Notes under the pieces: generated by a model
What the model was told of the DNA's origin: nothing
Seen by the model: the letters and a program-made list of their open reading frames with translations, nothing else
Databases searched by the model: none
Position numbers and translations under genes: made by a program
In this document: positions 19,180 through 28,901 of the stretch, in pieces
Position numbering within the stretch: the first letter of the stretch is position 1
Layout: each line of letters opens with the position of its first letter
NCBI GenBank assembly: GCA_041588495.1
Contig: JBFGWM010000001.1
Span: 1 to 41,410, forward strand
DNA: 41,410 nt
Direction of reading: 5' to 3'
DNA from: Pseudomonadales bacterium
GTDB taxonomy: Bacteria; Pseudomonadota; Gammaproteobacteria; Pseudomonadales; JBFGWM01

Positions 19180-21765
19180 GTGGCCAAGTCAAAAGGTTCC
19201 AAGAACCAGCAAAACGTCATGAACTTCGCGATGATTGCCGTCGCCGGCACCGCGGTGGGCATTGCCGCGATCGCCGTGGTGTTGAACACGTTGTCTTTCA
19301 GCCAGGCCGGGGACAACCTGCGTGAACTGCTGGCACGGAACTACCTGAACCAGTACGCCGGTGTGATCGACAGCCAGTTCCAGCAGGTGCAGTCGCGGGT
19401 CGAGTATGCGGCAACCACCACTGGCCTCGACCAGTTACTACAGGCGGGGAACGAGAGCGCGCTGGAGGCAGGGGAGCGCTCCCTGCGGCGGGGCTTCCCG
19501 GAGGCAGAGCGCCTGATGCTCATCCCCAAGGGCTCGGCCGACAGCGCCAAGGCAACCCAGGGCGTGCTCGGGTTCGCCGATCTCGACATGGTGCGCCAGG
19601 CAGAGAATGGCATCGCGGTCCCCGCGGAAATCCGCAAGCGTGATGAAACGCCCCTGCTGCACCTGGTAAGGCCGGTACAGAGCGGTGAGGCCGGTCCGAT
19701 TCGGGGGGTGTTGCTGGTCAGCCTGGACACCGGCGTAATCAGCAATGCCCTGCAGGCCTTCGACGCCGGTGCAGGCGTCATGCAGCTCGTGCAGCGATTC
19801 AAGGACGGCGGGCGCTCGGTGGCGGCGCTCGAGTACGGACACGAGGCGGACCGGAGTGCCGCGATCATCGACAAGGCCCTCAGCAATCCGAACTGGACCG
19901 TTCAGTTCCAACCGTCCCGGCGGCTCACCGAGCACCAGCTCGTGGCCCGTCCCGCGTTCTGGGGCGTTATCGGTGTTGGCGCCCTCGTCGCGCTGCTGAG
20001 CATCGGTGCGGCTTTCTTCCTGCTGCGGCGCACCCTTGTCGCCGACGCGAAGGCCCTGCTCGCACTGCTTTCCTCGGGTGGCAAGTCCGAAAATGCGGGT
20101 AACCGGATCGCCCTGGCGCCGCTTCGCGAAATCGCCGGTGCGGTTTCACAGGGCTCCCGCAAGGCGCGCACCAAGCCGGGCCCGGGTCAGCCGGACGCCG
20201 CAGCGGCGGCTGCGGCCGCGGCAGCAGCCCAGGCAGCGCCTCGTGAAGCCGAAGCCGCGCCCCAGGGCGATGCGGATTCCGATGACGGCGCCTCGCCCAT
20301 CTTCCAGGATGTATCCATCCTCGATGAGCTCGAGGACGAGGATTCCGACGAAGAGGACCCGGAGGAGGCCGGCGACACGCATATCCGGGGCCCGACCCTT
20401 CCGGCGGGCATTTTCCGTGCCTATGACATTCGCGGCATCGTCGGCGAAGAGCTGAACGAGGAATCGGCCTACTACATCGGGATGGCCATTGGCAGTGAGG
20501 CCAAGGAGCGCGGCGAACAAACGGTTGCCGTGTGCAAGGATGCACGCCTGTCGGGCCCCATGTTGTCCCAGTCCCTGATTCGGGGGTTGGCCGACAGCGG
20601 ACGCTCGGTCATCGACATCGGCACGGCCACCACGCCGGTGCTTTATTTCGCGACCCAGACCACGGGAGCGACCTCCGGGGTCATGGTCACCGGGAGTCAT
20701 AATCCGCCCAACTACAACGGCTTCAAAATCGTTCTCGCCGGCAATGCGCTCGCTGACCGGGAGATTACCGCCCTGTACGACAGGATCACCAGCGGCGGGC
20801 TGGTCAAGGGCGAGGGAGAGATCACCGACACCAGCGTGACCGAAGACTACATGGCCAGGATTTGCGAGGACATCGCCCTGGCGCGCGCACTCAAGGTGGT
20901 GGTCGACTGCGGGAACGGGGTCGCTGGCGCGATCGCGCCCGCGCTTTTCGAACGGCTGGGGTGCGATGTCATTCCCCTCTACTGTGAGCCGGACGGAAAC
21001 TTTCCCAATCACCACCCGGACCCGAGCAAACCGGAGAACCTCAAAGATCTTATCGCGCGGGTGCAGGCCGAGGGCGCCGATATCGGGCTCGCGTTCGATG
21101 GCGATGGTGACCGCATCGGCGTCGTCACCAATGCCGGCAATGTCATATGGCCGGATCGTCTGCTGATGTTGTTCGCCAAGGACATCGTGACCCGCAACCC
21201 CGGTGCGGACGTGATTTTCGACGTCAAATGTACCCGTCACCTGGGCCGACTGATCAGCAACTACGGCGGACGCCCCACCATGTGGAAGACCGGCCACTCC
21301 CTGATCAAGGCCAAGATGCGCGAGACCGGCGCACTGCTCGGCGGCGAGATGAGCGGGCACGTCTTTTTCAAGGAACGCTGGTTCGGTTTCGACGATGGAA
21401 TCTACGCCGCCGCACGGCTGCTTGAACTCCTCAGCATGGAGGAGCGCGATGCGGAAAGCATTTTCGGCGCGTTCCCGGTAAGCCTGAGTACCCCGGAGAT
21501 CAACGTCCACGTTCCCGACGACGAGAAATTCGCGCTGATCAAGCGCCTCTGTGCGGAGGGGCAGTTCGGCGACGGCAAGATCAGCAATATCGACGGCGTT
21601 CGCGTCGACTACCCGGGCGGCTGGGGCCTCATCCGGGCCTCGAACACGACCCCCAACCTGGTGTTGCGCTTCGAGGCCAACACCGAGGAAGAACTGGAAC
21701 GCCTGAAGACCCTGTTCCGTGACCAGTTACTGGCCATGGACGGTTCCATCGAGGCCACGTTCTGA
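19180..21765 (+). CDS. algC: Phosphomannomutase/phosphoglucomutase (AlgC-type catalytic core, aa about 405-861) fused to an approx. 400-aa two-TM N-terminal module
   Basis: The catalytic core carries PTLPAGIFRAYDIRG, the phosphoserine loop VTGSHNPPNYNGFK, the Mg site FDGDGDR, GEMSGH, and RASNTTPNLVLRFEA. A single open frame runs from the GTG at 19180. The N-terminal part has hydrophobic helices at aa about 15-37 and 259-282. The 19180 start is itself uncertain; the ATG at 19219 is an alternative. Confidence 0.85.
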   Translation: MAKSKGSKNQQNVMNFAMIAVAGTAVGIAAIAVVLNTLSFSQAGDNLRELLARNYLNQYAGVIDSQFQQVQSRVEYAATTTGLDQLLQAGNESALEAGERSLRRGFPEAERLMLIPKGSADSAKATQGVLGFADLDMVRQAENGIAVPAEIRKRDETPLLHLVRPVQSGEAGPIRGVLLVSLDTGVISNALQAFDAGAGVMQLVQRFKDGGRSVAALEYGHEADRSAAIIDKALSNPNWTVQFQPSRRLTEHQLVARPAFWGVIGVGALVALLSIGAAFFLLRRTLVADAKALLALLSSGGKSENAGNRIALAPLREIAGAVSQGSRKARTKPGPGQPDAAAAAAAAAAAQAAPREAEAAPQGDADSDDGASPIFQDVSILDELEDEDSDEEDPEEAGDTHIRGPTLPAGIFRAYDIRGIVGEELNEESAYYIGMAIGSEAKERGEQTVAVCKDARLSGPMLSQSLIRGLADSGRSVIDIGTATTPVLYFATQTTGATSGVMVTGSHNPPNYNGFKIVLAGNALADREITALYDRITSGGLVKGEGEITDTSVTEDYMARICEDIALARALKVVVDCGNGVAGAIAPALFERLGCDVIPLYCEPDGNFPNHHPDPSKPENLKDLIARVQAEGADIGLAFDGDGDRIGVVTNAGNVIWPDRLLMLFAKDIVTRNPGADVIFDVKCTRHLGRLISNYGGRPTMWKTGHSLIKAKMRETGALLGGEMSGHVFFKERWFGFDDGIYAAARLLELLSMEERDAESIFGAFPVSLSTPEINVHVPDDEKFALIKRLCAEGQFGDGKISNIDGVRVDYPGGWGLIRASNTTPNLVLRFEANTEEELERLKTLFRDQLLAMDGSIEATF
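20197..20229 (+). repeat. (GCN)11 tract encoding Ala11 inside the algC linker, followed by a highly acidic low-complexity stretch
   Basis: Direct reading gives gcc gca gcg gcg gct gcg gcc gcg gca gca gcc. The downstream peptide is DADSDDG...LDELEDEDSDEEDPEE. Confidence 0.9.
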
Positions 21766-21772
21766 CCAGTAG

Positions 21773-22690
<918 letters not shown>

Positions 22691-22784
22691 ACCGACCTCC
22701 GGGGCACTGCCCCACGCACCCTATTGCCTGCCCCGGTTGAACTGGATACGATGAGAGCGGACTCTGCCCGAGGATCGTCGACGC

Positions 22785-23381
22785 ATGGAAACCGCGCACA
22801 AGATTTCCCGACGTGAACAGATTCTCCAGTCCCTGGCCGAAATGCTTGAACAGGCGCCAGGCGAGCGCATCACCACCTCGGGCCTGGCGCGTCAGGTCGG
22901 AGTCTCCGAGGCGGCCCTGTACCGCCACTTTCCCAGCAAGGCCAAGATGTTCGAGGGACTGATCCAGTTCATCGAGGATTCGGTGTTTTCGCGAATCAGC
23001 CGCATTCTCACCGAGGAAACCGGCGCCGTGGCCCGCAGCGAGAAGATCATCACCCTGCTGCTCGCCTTCGCCGAGCGCAACCCGGGTATTTCCCGCATCC
23101 TGGCCGGGGACGCTCTGGCGGGGGAAACCGAGCGCTTGCGCTCCCGGGTCCTGCAGTTTTTCGACCGCCTGGAAACCCAGTTGCGCCAGGTTTTGAGAGA
23201 AGCCGAGGTGCGGGAAGGGCTGCAACCGGTAATGCCGGTGACGGCGGCGGCCAACCTGCTGCTGGCGGTCGCCAATGGCCACATCAGCCAGTTCGTGCGT
23301 AGCGGGTTCAGAGCGAAGCCGACAGAGTACTGGGAGGAGCAACGCGCCTACCTGGTCGGCCGTCTATTCCGACCCGTCTGA
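22785..23381 (+). CDS. slmA: Nucleoid occlusion factor SlmA (TetR family)
   Basis: RREQILQSLAEMLEQAPGERITTSGLARQVGVSEAALYRHFPSKAKMFEGLIQFIEDSVF matches the SlmA-type HTH and its downstream helix. It occupies the dut...pyrE neighbourhood, as in E. coli. Confidence 0.85.
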   Translation: METAHKISRREQILQSLAEMLEQAPGERITTSGLARQVGVSEAALYRHFPSKAKMFEGLIQFIEDSVFSRISRILTEETGAVARSEKIITLLLAFAERNPGISRILAGDALAGETERLRSRVLQFFDRLETQLRQVLREAEVREGLQPVMPVTAAANLLLAVANGHISQFVRSGFRAKPTEYWEEQRAYLVGRLFRPV

Positions 23382-24011
23382 TTCGGGTCCTTTCGGATCC
23401 TCTCCCTTCAGGAACTGCATACGTTCAATCATCTCGGCGAAACGCATCCTGGTTTCGGCGAGTTCCTCGCGCATGTTGGCGAGGCGATCTTCCTCTTCAG
23501 AGATGGTGACCTTGAGGGCCTCGATATTGGCCAGAACCTGGGGCGTGACCTCGCGGCCCTGGCGCTCCATGTTGGCGGCGTCACGCAGGGCCTCGGAGAG
23601 GGAATTCTTGATCTGTTCGATACTCTTTTTCTTGCTGTCGATGAACAGTGACAACTCGGTGATCTTCCGGTCACGCGCCGCCTCGACGTCTATTGCGCTG
23701 TTGTAGTTCAACAGCAGGTAACGATCGAGTTCCTCCTGACGACGCTTGCGTTCCTCTTCCTCCAGCTTCTTGCGCAGAGCTTCCCCGGTTAACTGCGGGG
23801 GAACCACCTTGACCACCCGCATCTGCTCCGTGAGCACCGTGTACCCGCGCTTGGCGTGTTCCGGGGGAATGCTGCGACCGATGACCGGATTCCCGTTGTC
23901 GTCGATGTACCGGTACAGGTAGCCCGCCGCCGATCCCGAGACGGGAACCAGCGCAAGCCACGCCGCAGCCATCGCCGCGGCAGCCCACTGCCTGCTAAAG
24001 ATTGATTTCAA
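23364..24011 (-). CDS. Secreted DUF4124-like protein with long charged coiled-coil C-terminal region
   Basis: The signal peptide is MKSIFSRQWAAAAMAAAWLALVPVSGSAA. The N-terminal YRYIDDNGNPVIGRSIPPE resembles the DUF4124 motif. The remainder is E/K/R-rich with a heptad-like character (KKLEEEERKRRQEEL...). Its 3' end overlaps slmA by 18 nt. Confidence 0.7.
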   Translation of the reverse strand: MKSIFSRQWAAAAMAAAWLALVPVSGSAAGYLYRYIDDNGNPVIGRSIPPEHAKRGYTVLTEQMRVVKVVPPQLTGEALRKKLEEEERKRRQEELDRYLLLNYNSAIDVEAARDRKITELSLFIDSKKKSIEQIKNSLSEALRDAANMERQGREVTPQVLANIEALKVTISEEEDRLANMREELAETRMRFAEMIERMQFLKGEDPKGPESDGSE

Positions 24012-24157
24012 CGCCCGGATTCCGCCAACTTCATGATCGGTTTTACATTTTTACCAAGTTGTTGCTGAACCGCCACTTAACAATATTGGCACAAGGGTCG
24101 GATCGCGCAAAATACACGGCGTGTAGAATACCCCGCTGACACGCCTGGGCGCACGTC

Positions 24158-24925
24158 GTGATTCCGATCGAACAGGTCCTGCTCTTCATTCTGTCGCTGC
24201 TCGCCAACGGCCTCTCGGCACTGGCCGGTGGCGGCGCCGGGCTGCTCCAGTTGCCGGCGCTGCTGTTTCTCGGCCTGGAATTTCCCTCGGCACTGGCAAC
24301 CCACAAGGTCGCCAGCGTGGCCCTTGGCATTGGCGCCACCCTCCGCCACCTGCGCGGGCCCGCGCTGGAAATACGCCTGCTGGCGGTGATGCTCGCAAGC
24401 GGGGTGCCCGGGGTCATTCTCGGCGCCCTGGCCATCCTCTCGGTACCGGACCAGGCGGCACGCATCCTGCTCGGCATGCTCACCTGCGGCCTGGGGCTGT
24501 TCTCCTGGAGCCGACCCCGGCTCGGGCAGTTGGCACAACCCCGCAACCGCGACCCGCGGGGCGTGCTCGCCGGGGCCGCGGTGCTGTTCCTGATCGGCTT
24601 CCTGAACGGCTCGCTGACCTCCGGAACCGGGTTGTTCGTCACCCTCTGGCTGGTCTACTGGTTCGGCCTCGATTACGGCCGCGCCACCGCCCATACACTG
24701 GTCCTGGTCGGCCTGTTCTGGAACGGGTCGGGTGCCGCGGCGCTGGCCTTCCAGGCCCCGATCCGCTGGGACTGGATGCCGGCCCTGATCCTCGGCGCCC
24801 TGCTTGGCGGATACCTCGGCGCGCACCTGGGACAGGTCAAGGGGAACCAGTTGGTGAAACGGACCTACGAGATCGTGACCCTGCTGGTCGGCGTCAGCCT
24901 GATCGTGGACGGAATCAGCGCCTAG
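24158..24925 (+). CDS. TauE/SafE (TSUP) family anion exporter-like membrane protein
   Basis: A polytopic hydrophobic protein of about 255 aa, with Gly-rich helices and an internal two-fold repeat pattern ([17 protein letters not shown] / [14 protein letters not shown]) typical of TSUP transporters. GTG start. Confidence 0.8.
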   Translation: MIPIEQVLLFILSLLANGLSALAGGGAGLLQLPALLFLGLEFPSALATHKVASVALGIGATLRHLRGPALEIRLLAVMLASGVPGVILGALAILSVPDQAARILLGMLTCGLGLFSWSRPRLGQLAQPRNRDPRGVLAGAAVLFLIGFLNGSLTSGTGLFVTLWLVYWFGLDYGRATAHTLVLVGLFWNGSGAAALAFQAPIRWDWMPALILGALLGGYLGAHLGQVKGNQLVKRTYEIVTLLVGVSLIVDGISA

Positions 24926-25587
24926 CCCCGCTCCGGCGCCACGCCCCACTGGTCCCGGTAGGCACGAATCCGCTCCGCCGCATCGAGGAGTTCATCTCCA
25001 CCCGCACCGCCTTCGAGATAAGCGACCAGATCGGAGAGTCCGGCGATGCGGATGGTGCGGAAACCGAACTCCCGGTCGAGTTCCTGGATGGTCGAGCGCG
25101 CGCCATGGCCACGCTCCTCGCGGTCCAGGGCCACCACCGCGCCGCACACCCGCGCGCCAGCCGCCTCCACCAGGGCGATGGATTCGCGGATCGCGGTGCC
25201 CGCCGTGATCACGTCATCGACGATCATCACCCGCCCCTGCAGGGGCGCGCCCATCAGCCGCCCACCCTCGCCATGCTTTTTCTCTTCCTTGCGATTGAAG
25301 CAAACCGGCACGTCCCGCGACTCCGACTTCCAGAGTACAGCTGCAGTAACACTGGCAAGGGGGATGCCCTTGTAGGCCGGCCCGAACAGCATGTCGAATT
25401 CCACTCCCGCAGCGAGCAGGGCCCGGGCGTAGAATTCGCCGATATCCGCGAGGCTGCGGCCGCTGGAGAACTCGCCCGCATTGAAGAAATACGGACTGAT
25501 ACGCCCCGACTTCAGGGTAAATTCGCCAAAACGTAGTGCACCGCAACGGATCGCGGTGTCGAGGAAGGCCTGCTGGTAGGGCAACAT
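24922..25587 (-). CDS. pyrE: Orotate phosphoribosyltransferase
   Basis: [38 protein letters not shown] and the PRPP loop [17 protein letters not shown]. The 403-aa track ORF carries a spurious 182-aa N-terminal extension across the xth gene. Confidence 0.93.
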   Translation of the reverse strand: MLPYQQAFLDTAIRCGALRFGEFTLKSGRISPYFFNAGEFSSGRSLADIGEFYARALLAAGVEFDMLFGPAYKGIPLASVTAAVLWKSESRDVPVCFNRKEEKKHGEGGRLMGAPLQGRVMIVDDVITAGTAIRESIALVEAAGARVCGAVVALDREERGHGARSTIQELDREFGFRTIRIAGLSDLVAYLEGGAGGDELLDAAERIRAYRDQWGVAPERG

Positions 25588-25619
25588 GTCGCGGCTCCGC
25601 GGTGGATGGCCGGGGCATT

Positions 25620-25649
25620 TTAACAAACCCCGGACCCTTGCTGTATGAT
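25620..25649 (+). promoter_or_regulatory. Putative sigma70 promoter for xth within the pyrE/xth divergent region
   Basis: TTAACA (25620-25625), then 18 nt, then TATGAT (25644-25649), about 25 nt upstream of the ATG at 25675. This is a pattern match only. Confidence 0.3.
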
Positions 25650-25674
25650 GGCCGGCCGTCCGGGGGAACACGCC

Positions 25675-26460
25675 ATGAAGATCGTCTCGGTAAACGTCAA
25701 CGGCCTGCGTGCGGCGGCGCGCAAGGGCTTTTTTGACTGGCTGCAGCGCGAGCAGCCCGACGTCGCGTGCCTGCAGGAAATCAAGGCCCACGGACACCAG
25801 CTGGACGATCCGGTGTTCTCTCCGCCCGGCTACCACCGCTACATCTTCGAGGCCGAGAAGAAGGGATACAGCGGCGTCGCCCTGTATTGCCGCGAGGAGC
25901 CTGACGCGGTGCACACCGGGCTCGGTTTCGACCTCGCCGACCGCGAGGGCCGCTACATCCAGGCCGATTTCGGCAGCCTGAGCGTCGGCTCCCTGTACCT
26001 GCCTTCCGGCTCCAGCAGCGAGGAACGCCAGGCCGAGAAGTATCGCTTCATGGATGCCTTTGAGCCGCTGCTGGCCGACTGGCGCGCGGAGAATCGCAAT
26101 TACATCCTGTGCGGGGACTGGAACATCGCACACAAGGAAATCGACCTGCGCAACTGGCGGAGCAACCAGAAGAACTCTGGCTTCCTGCCCGAGGAGCGGG
26201 CCTGGATGGACCGCCTGTTCGGGGATTGGGGCTGGGTTGATGCGTTTCGCGAGGTGGACCCCCGGCCCGACCAGTACACCTGGTGGTCAAACCGCGGACA
26301 GGCCTGGGCCAAGAACGTGGGCTGGCGGATCGACTACCACGTGGTCACACCGGGCCTGCGGGAAAGCGTGCTTGCCGCGGACATCTACAAGGACGAACGC
26401 TTCTCGGATCACGCCCCGCTGACAATGGAGTACCGGGGCCGCCTGGGCGACCACCGCTGA
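25675..26460 (+). CDS. xthA: Exodeoxyribonuclease III / AP endonuclease (EEP fold)
   Basis: [48 protein letters not shown] and FSDHAPL. All classical ExoIII catalytic motif positions look intact. Confidence 0.88.
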   Translation: MKIVSVNVNGLRAAARKGFFDWLQREQPDVACLQEIKAHGHQLDDPVFSPPGYHRYIFEAEKKGYSGVALYCREEPDAVHTGLGFDLADREGRYIQADFGSLSVGSLYLPSGSSSEERQAEKYRFMDAFEPLLADWRAENRNYILCGDWNIAHKEIDLRNWRSNQKNSGFLPEERAWMDRLFGDWGWVDAFREVDPRPDQYTWWSNRGQAWAKNVGWRIDYHVVTPGLRESVLAADIYKDERFSDHAPLTMEYRGRLGDHR

Positions 26461-26466
26461 ACCCGG

Positions 26467-27183
26467 TCAGGCGTTGAGCGCGGCAGCCTGGAACTCGAAC
26501 AGTTCCGCGATCCCTTTCTCGGCCAGGCCCAGCATCGCGCCCAGTTCGTCGCGGCTGAACGCGGCACCTTCCGCGGTACCCTGGATCTCGATGATGCCCT
26601 CGCCCTCGGCCATGACCACGTTGAGATCGGTGTCGGCCGCCGAGTCCTCGGCGTAATCGAGGTCGAGGACCGGTTCCCCCTGGAAGATCCCCACGGAAAC
26701 CGCCGCGATACGCCGCCGGTAAGGATCAGTCGACAGTTTCCCGCCGGCAACCAGCCCACCGAGGGCATCGGCCAGCGCCACCGAACTGCCGGTGATGGCG
26801 GCAGTGCGCGTACCGCCATCGGCCTGCAGCACGTCGCAGTCGATGTAGATCGTGTAGTCGCCCAGGCCGCCAAGGTCCACGCCGGCACGCAGCGCACGGC
26901 CGATCAGCCGCTGGATTTCCTGGGTCCGCCCGCCCTGGCGTCCACGGGCCGCCTCGCGCTGGGTGCGCCGACCGGTGGCGCGCGGCAGCATGCCGTATTC
27001 CGCCGTGATCCAGCCCTGGCCCTTGCCGCGCAGGAAGCGCGGCACGCCATCCTCCACGGAAGCCGTGCACAGCACACGCGTCGCCCCAAATTCAACAAGC
27101 ACGCTACCCTCTGCATGGCAGGTGTAGTTACGAGTCAGGACCACGTCCCGCAACGCATCCGGACTTCGTCCGCTCGGCCGCAT
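26467..27183 (-). CDS. rph: Ribonuclease PH
   Basis: [58 protein letters not shown] and [18 protein letters not shown]. In-frame upstream Mets at 27186 and 27192 are alternative starts. Confidence 0.93.
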   Translation of the reverse strand: MRPSGRSPDALRDVVLTRNYTCHAEGSVLVEFGATRVLCTASVEDGVPRFLRGKGQGWITAEYGMLPRATGRRTQREAARGRQGGRTQEIQRLIGRALRAGVDLGGLGDYTIYIDCDVLQADGGTRTAAITGSSVALADALGGLVAGGKLSTDPYRRRIAAVSVGIFQGEPVLDLDYAEDSAADTDLNVVMAEGEGIIEIQGTAEGAAFSRDELGAMLGLAEKGIAELFEFQAAALNA

Positions 27184-27320
27184 CATCAGCATCACCCTGG
27201 AATCAAGAAGGCGCGCATTATAGCGCGGGCGGCAGGCCAAGTCCGGTAACCGGGCATTGGGAAGGGGCTTCGGGGTGAGGTAGAATTCCGGCATTCCCGG
27301 GTCCAGCAGGGCAGGCCAGT

Positions 27321-28187
27321 ATGACCAGCAGCATGACCGCTTTCGCACAGGGTTCCGCGGAACGCGAGTGGGGCGAACTGCGCTGCGAGATCCGCTCGGT
27401 GAATCACCGCTACCTGGAGGCACAGTTTCGCCTTCCAGAAACCCTGCGCCACCTGGAGCCGGCCCTGCGTGAGCAACTGCGCGGCAGCGCCGGGCGGGGC
27501 AAGATCGAAGTGTCCCTGCGCTTTGCCCCGAGTTCGGACGAGGAAAACCTGGAGATCGACCTCGAGCAGGCGGGACGCATCATTCGCGCCGCCCAGCGTA
27601 TCGGTGCCCTCGCCGGCGAGGAGTCCGCACTGAATCCGCTGGAGATCCTGCGCTGGCCCGGGGTGCAGAAGGAAGCCGAGACGGACTTCGACGCGGTCGC
27701 GGACACCGCCCTGGATCTCTTTGGTCAGGTCCTCGACGACTTCCTGGGCTTCCGCCTCCGCGAGGGCGCCGCGCTGCAGGCCCTGGTCCTGGAGCGGGTC
27801 GACCAGATCCGCGAGGCCTGCCGCGAGACCCGGGGGGTGGTTCCGGATATCGTCGAAAACCTGCGCGCTCGCATCCTCGAGCGGCTCGAAGAGGTCGACG
27901 CCACCCTCGACGAATCCCGCCTCGAGGGCGAACTGGTGCTCATGGCCCAGAAGATGGACGTGGAGGAGGAACTGGACCGCCTCGAGACCCACCTCGACGA
28001 GGTCACCCAGACCCTGGAGGACGCCGACGGCCCCTGCGGACGGCGGCTGGATTTCCTGATGCAGGAACTCAACCGCGAGGCAAACACGCTCGCCTCGAAG
28101 TCCCAGGGCTCCGAAAGCACCCGCCATGCCATCGACATGAAAGTGTTGATCGAGCAGATGCGGGAACAGATCCAGAATATTGAGTAA
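27321..28187 (+). CDS. yicC: YicC-family stress-induced protein (endoribonuclease YicC-like)
   Basis: SMTAFAQGS...[10 protein letters not shown] at the N-terminus, and the C-terminal DUF1732-like [16 protein letters not shown]...[12 protein letters not shown]. It is divergent from rph, as in E. coli. Confidence 0.88.
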   Translation: MTSSMTAFAQGSAEREWGELRCEIRSVNHRYLEAQFRLPETLRHLEPALREQLRGSAGRGKIEVSLRFAPSSDEENLEIDLEQAGRIIRAAQRIGALAGEESALNPLEILRWPGVQKEAETDFDAVADTALDLFGQVLDDFLGFRLREGAALQALVLERVDQIREACRETRGVVPDIVENLRARILERLEEVDATLDESRLEGELVLMAQKMDVEEELDRLETHLDEVTQTLEDADGPCGRRLDFLMQELNREANTLASKSQGSESTRHAIDMKVLIEQMREQIQNIE

Positions 28188-28217
28188 ACTGAATTTACTG
28201 ACGCGAAGCATACTGAA

Positions 28218-28835
28218 ATGACCCAGCGCGGCACACTGTTCATCATTTCCGCCCCTTCCGGCGCCGGCAAGACCAGCCTGGTGAATGCGCTGGTCGAGCG
28301 CGACCCCGACATTCAACTGTCGACTTCCTATACCACCCGCCCCATTCGGCCGGGCGAACGGGAGGGAGTCGACTATTTCTTCGTGAACCAGAAGACCTTC
28401 AAATCGATGCGTGAGCGCTGCGCATTTCTCGAGTCGGCGGAGGTCTTCGGCAATTATTACGGCACCTCCCGCCAGGAGGTGGACGAACACCTCGAGGACG
28501 GCACCGACGTGATCCTGGAGATCGACTGGCAGGGCGCCCAGCAAGTACGGAAGAGCACGTCCGACTGTGTCAGCGTTTTTATCCTGCCACCGTCCCGAGA
28601 CACCCTGCGTGAGCGACTGGAGAAGCGTGGCCGCGACGAGGCCGACACCATCGAGAAACGCCTCGCCGAGGCGGTCGCCGAGATGTCCCACTACTCGGAG
28701 TTCGACTACCTGGTGGTAAACGACGATTTCGAGACCGCGGTCGCCGATCTCCAGGCCATCATGCGCGCGCGGCGCCTCGAAACCCCCTCCCAGGCCGTGG
28801 AACGCGAGAGCCTGATCGCGGACCTGTTGTCCTGA
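28218..28835 (+). CDS. gmk: Guanylate kinase
   Basis: GTLFIISAPSGAGKTSL (P-loop), TTRPIRPGEREGVDYFF, and EVFGNYYGTS. Confidence 0.93.
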   Translation: MTQRGTLFIISAPSGAGKTSLVNALVERDPDIQLSTSYTTRPIRPGEREGVDYFFVNQKTFKSMRERCAFLESAEVFGNYYGTSRQEVDEHLEDGTDVILEIDWQGAQQVRKSTSDCVSVFILPPSRDTLRERLEKRGRDEADTIEKRLAEAVAEMSHYSEFDYLVVNDDFETAVADLQAIMRARRLETPSQAVERESLIADLLS

Positions 28836-28901
28836 GGCTTTCAGTCGGCTAGAATTTGCGCCCTTTCCCTTGCAAAGCTGATCTGAAGATCGGGGTACCG
28901 A

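Noticed and set aside
20146-21510. 454-aa minus-strand ORF opposite algC
   Set aside because: It is antisense to the fully conserved PMM/PGM catalytic domain and has no motifs.
22735-22763. Possible slmA promoter TTGCCT-17 nt-TACGAT, and other -10-like hexamers (TATAAT at 19139-19144 upstream of algC; TATAAT on the minus strand at 27217-27222 upstream of rph)
   Set aside because: Each is plausible but is an isolated hexamer match lacking a convincing partner element or any independent support. They are not listed as features.
24087-24101. sigma54-like TGGCAC-N5 element upstream of the tauE-like gene
   Set aside because: The -12 element reads TCGG instead of TTGC, so the GC dinucleotide is out of register. 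No enhancer-binding protein gene is nearby.
24922-26133. 403-aa version of the pyrE ORF, and similar long N-terminal extensions in the track (for example 1858, 8809, 9266, 9493, 12616, 18497, 25645, 26467..27423, 32672)
   Set aside because: The conserved protein begins at an internal Met in each case. The extensions overlap neighbouring genes or divergent promoters and have off-frame-like composition. Starts were moved to the internal codon.
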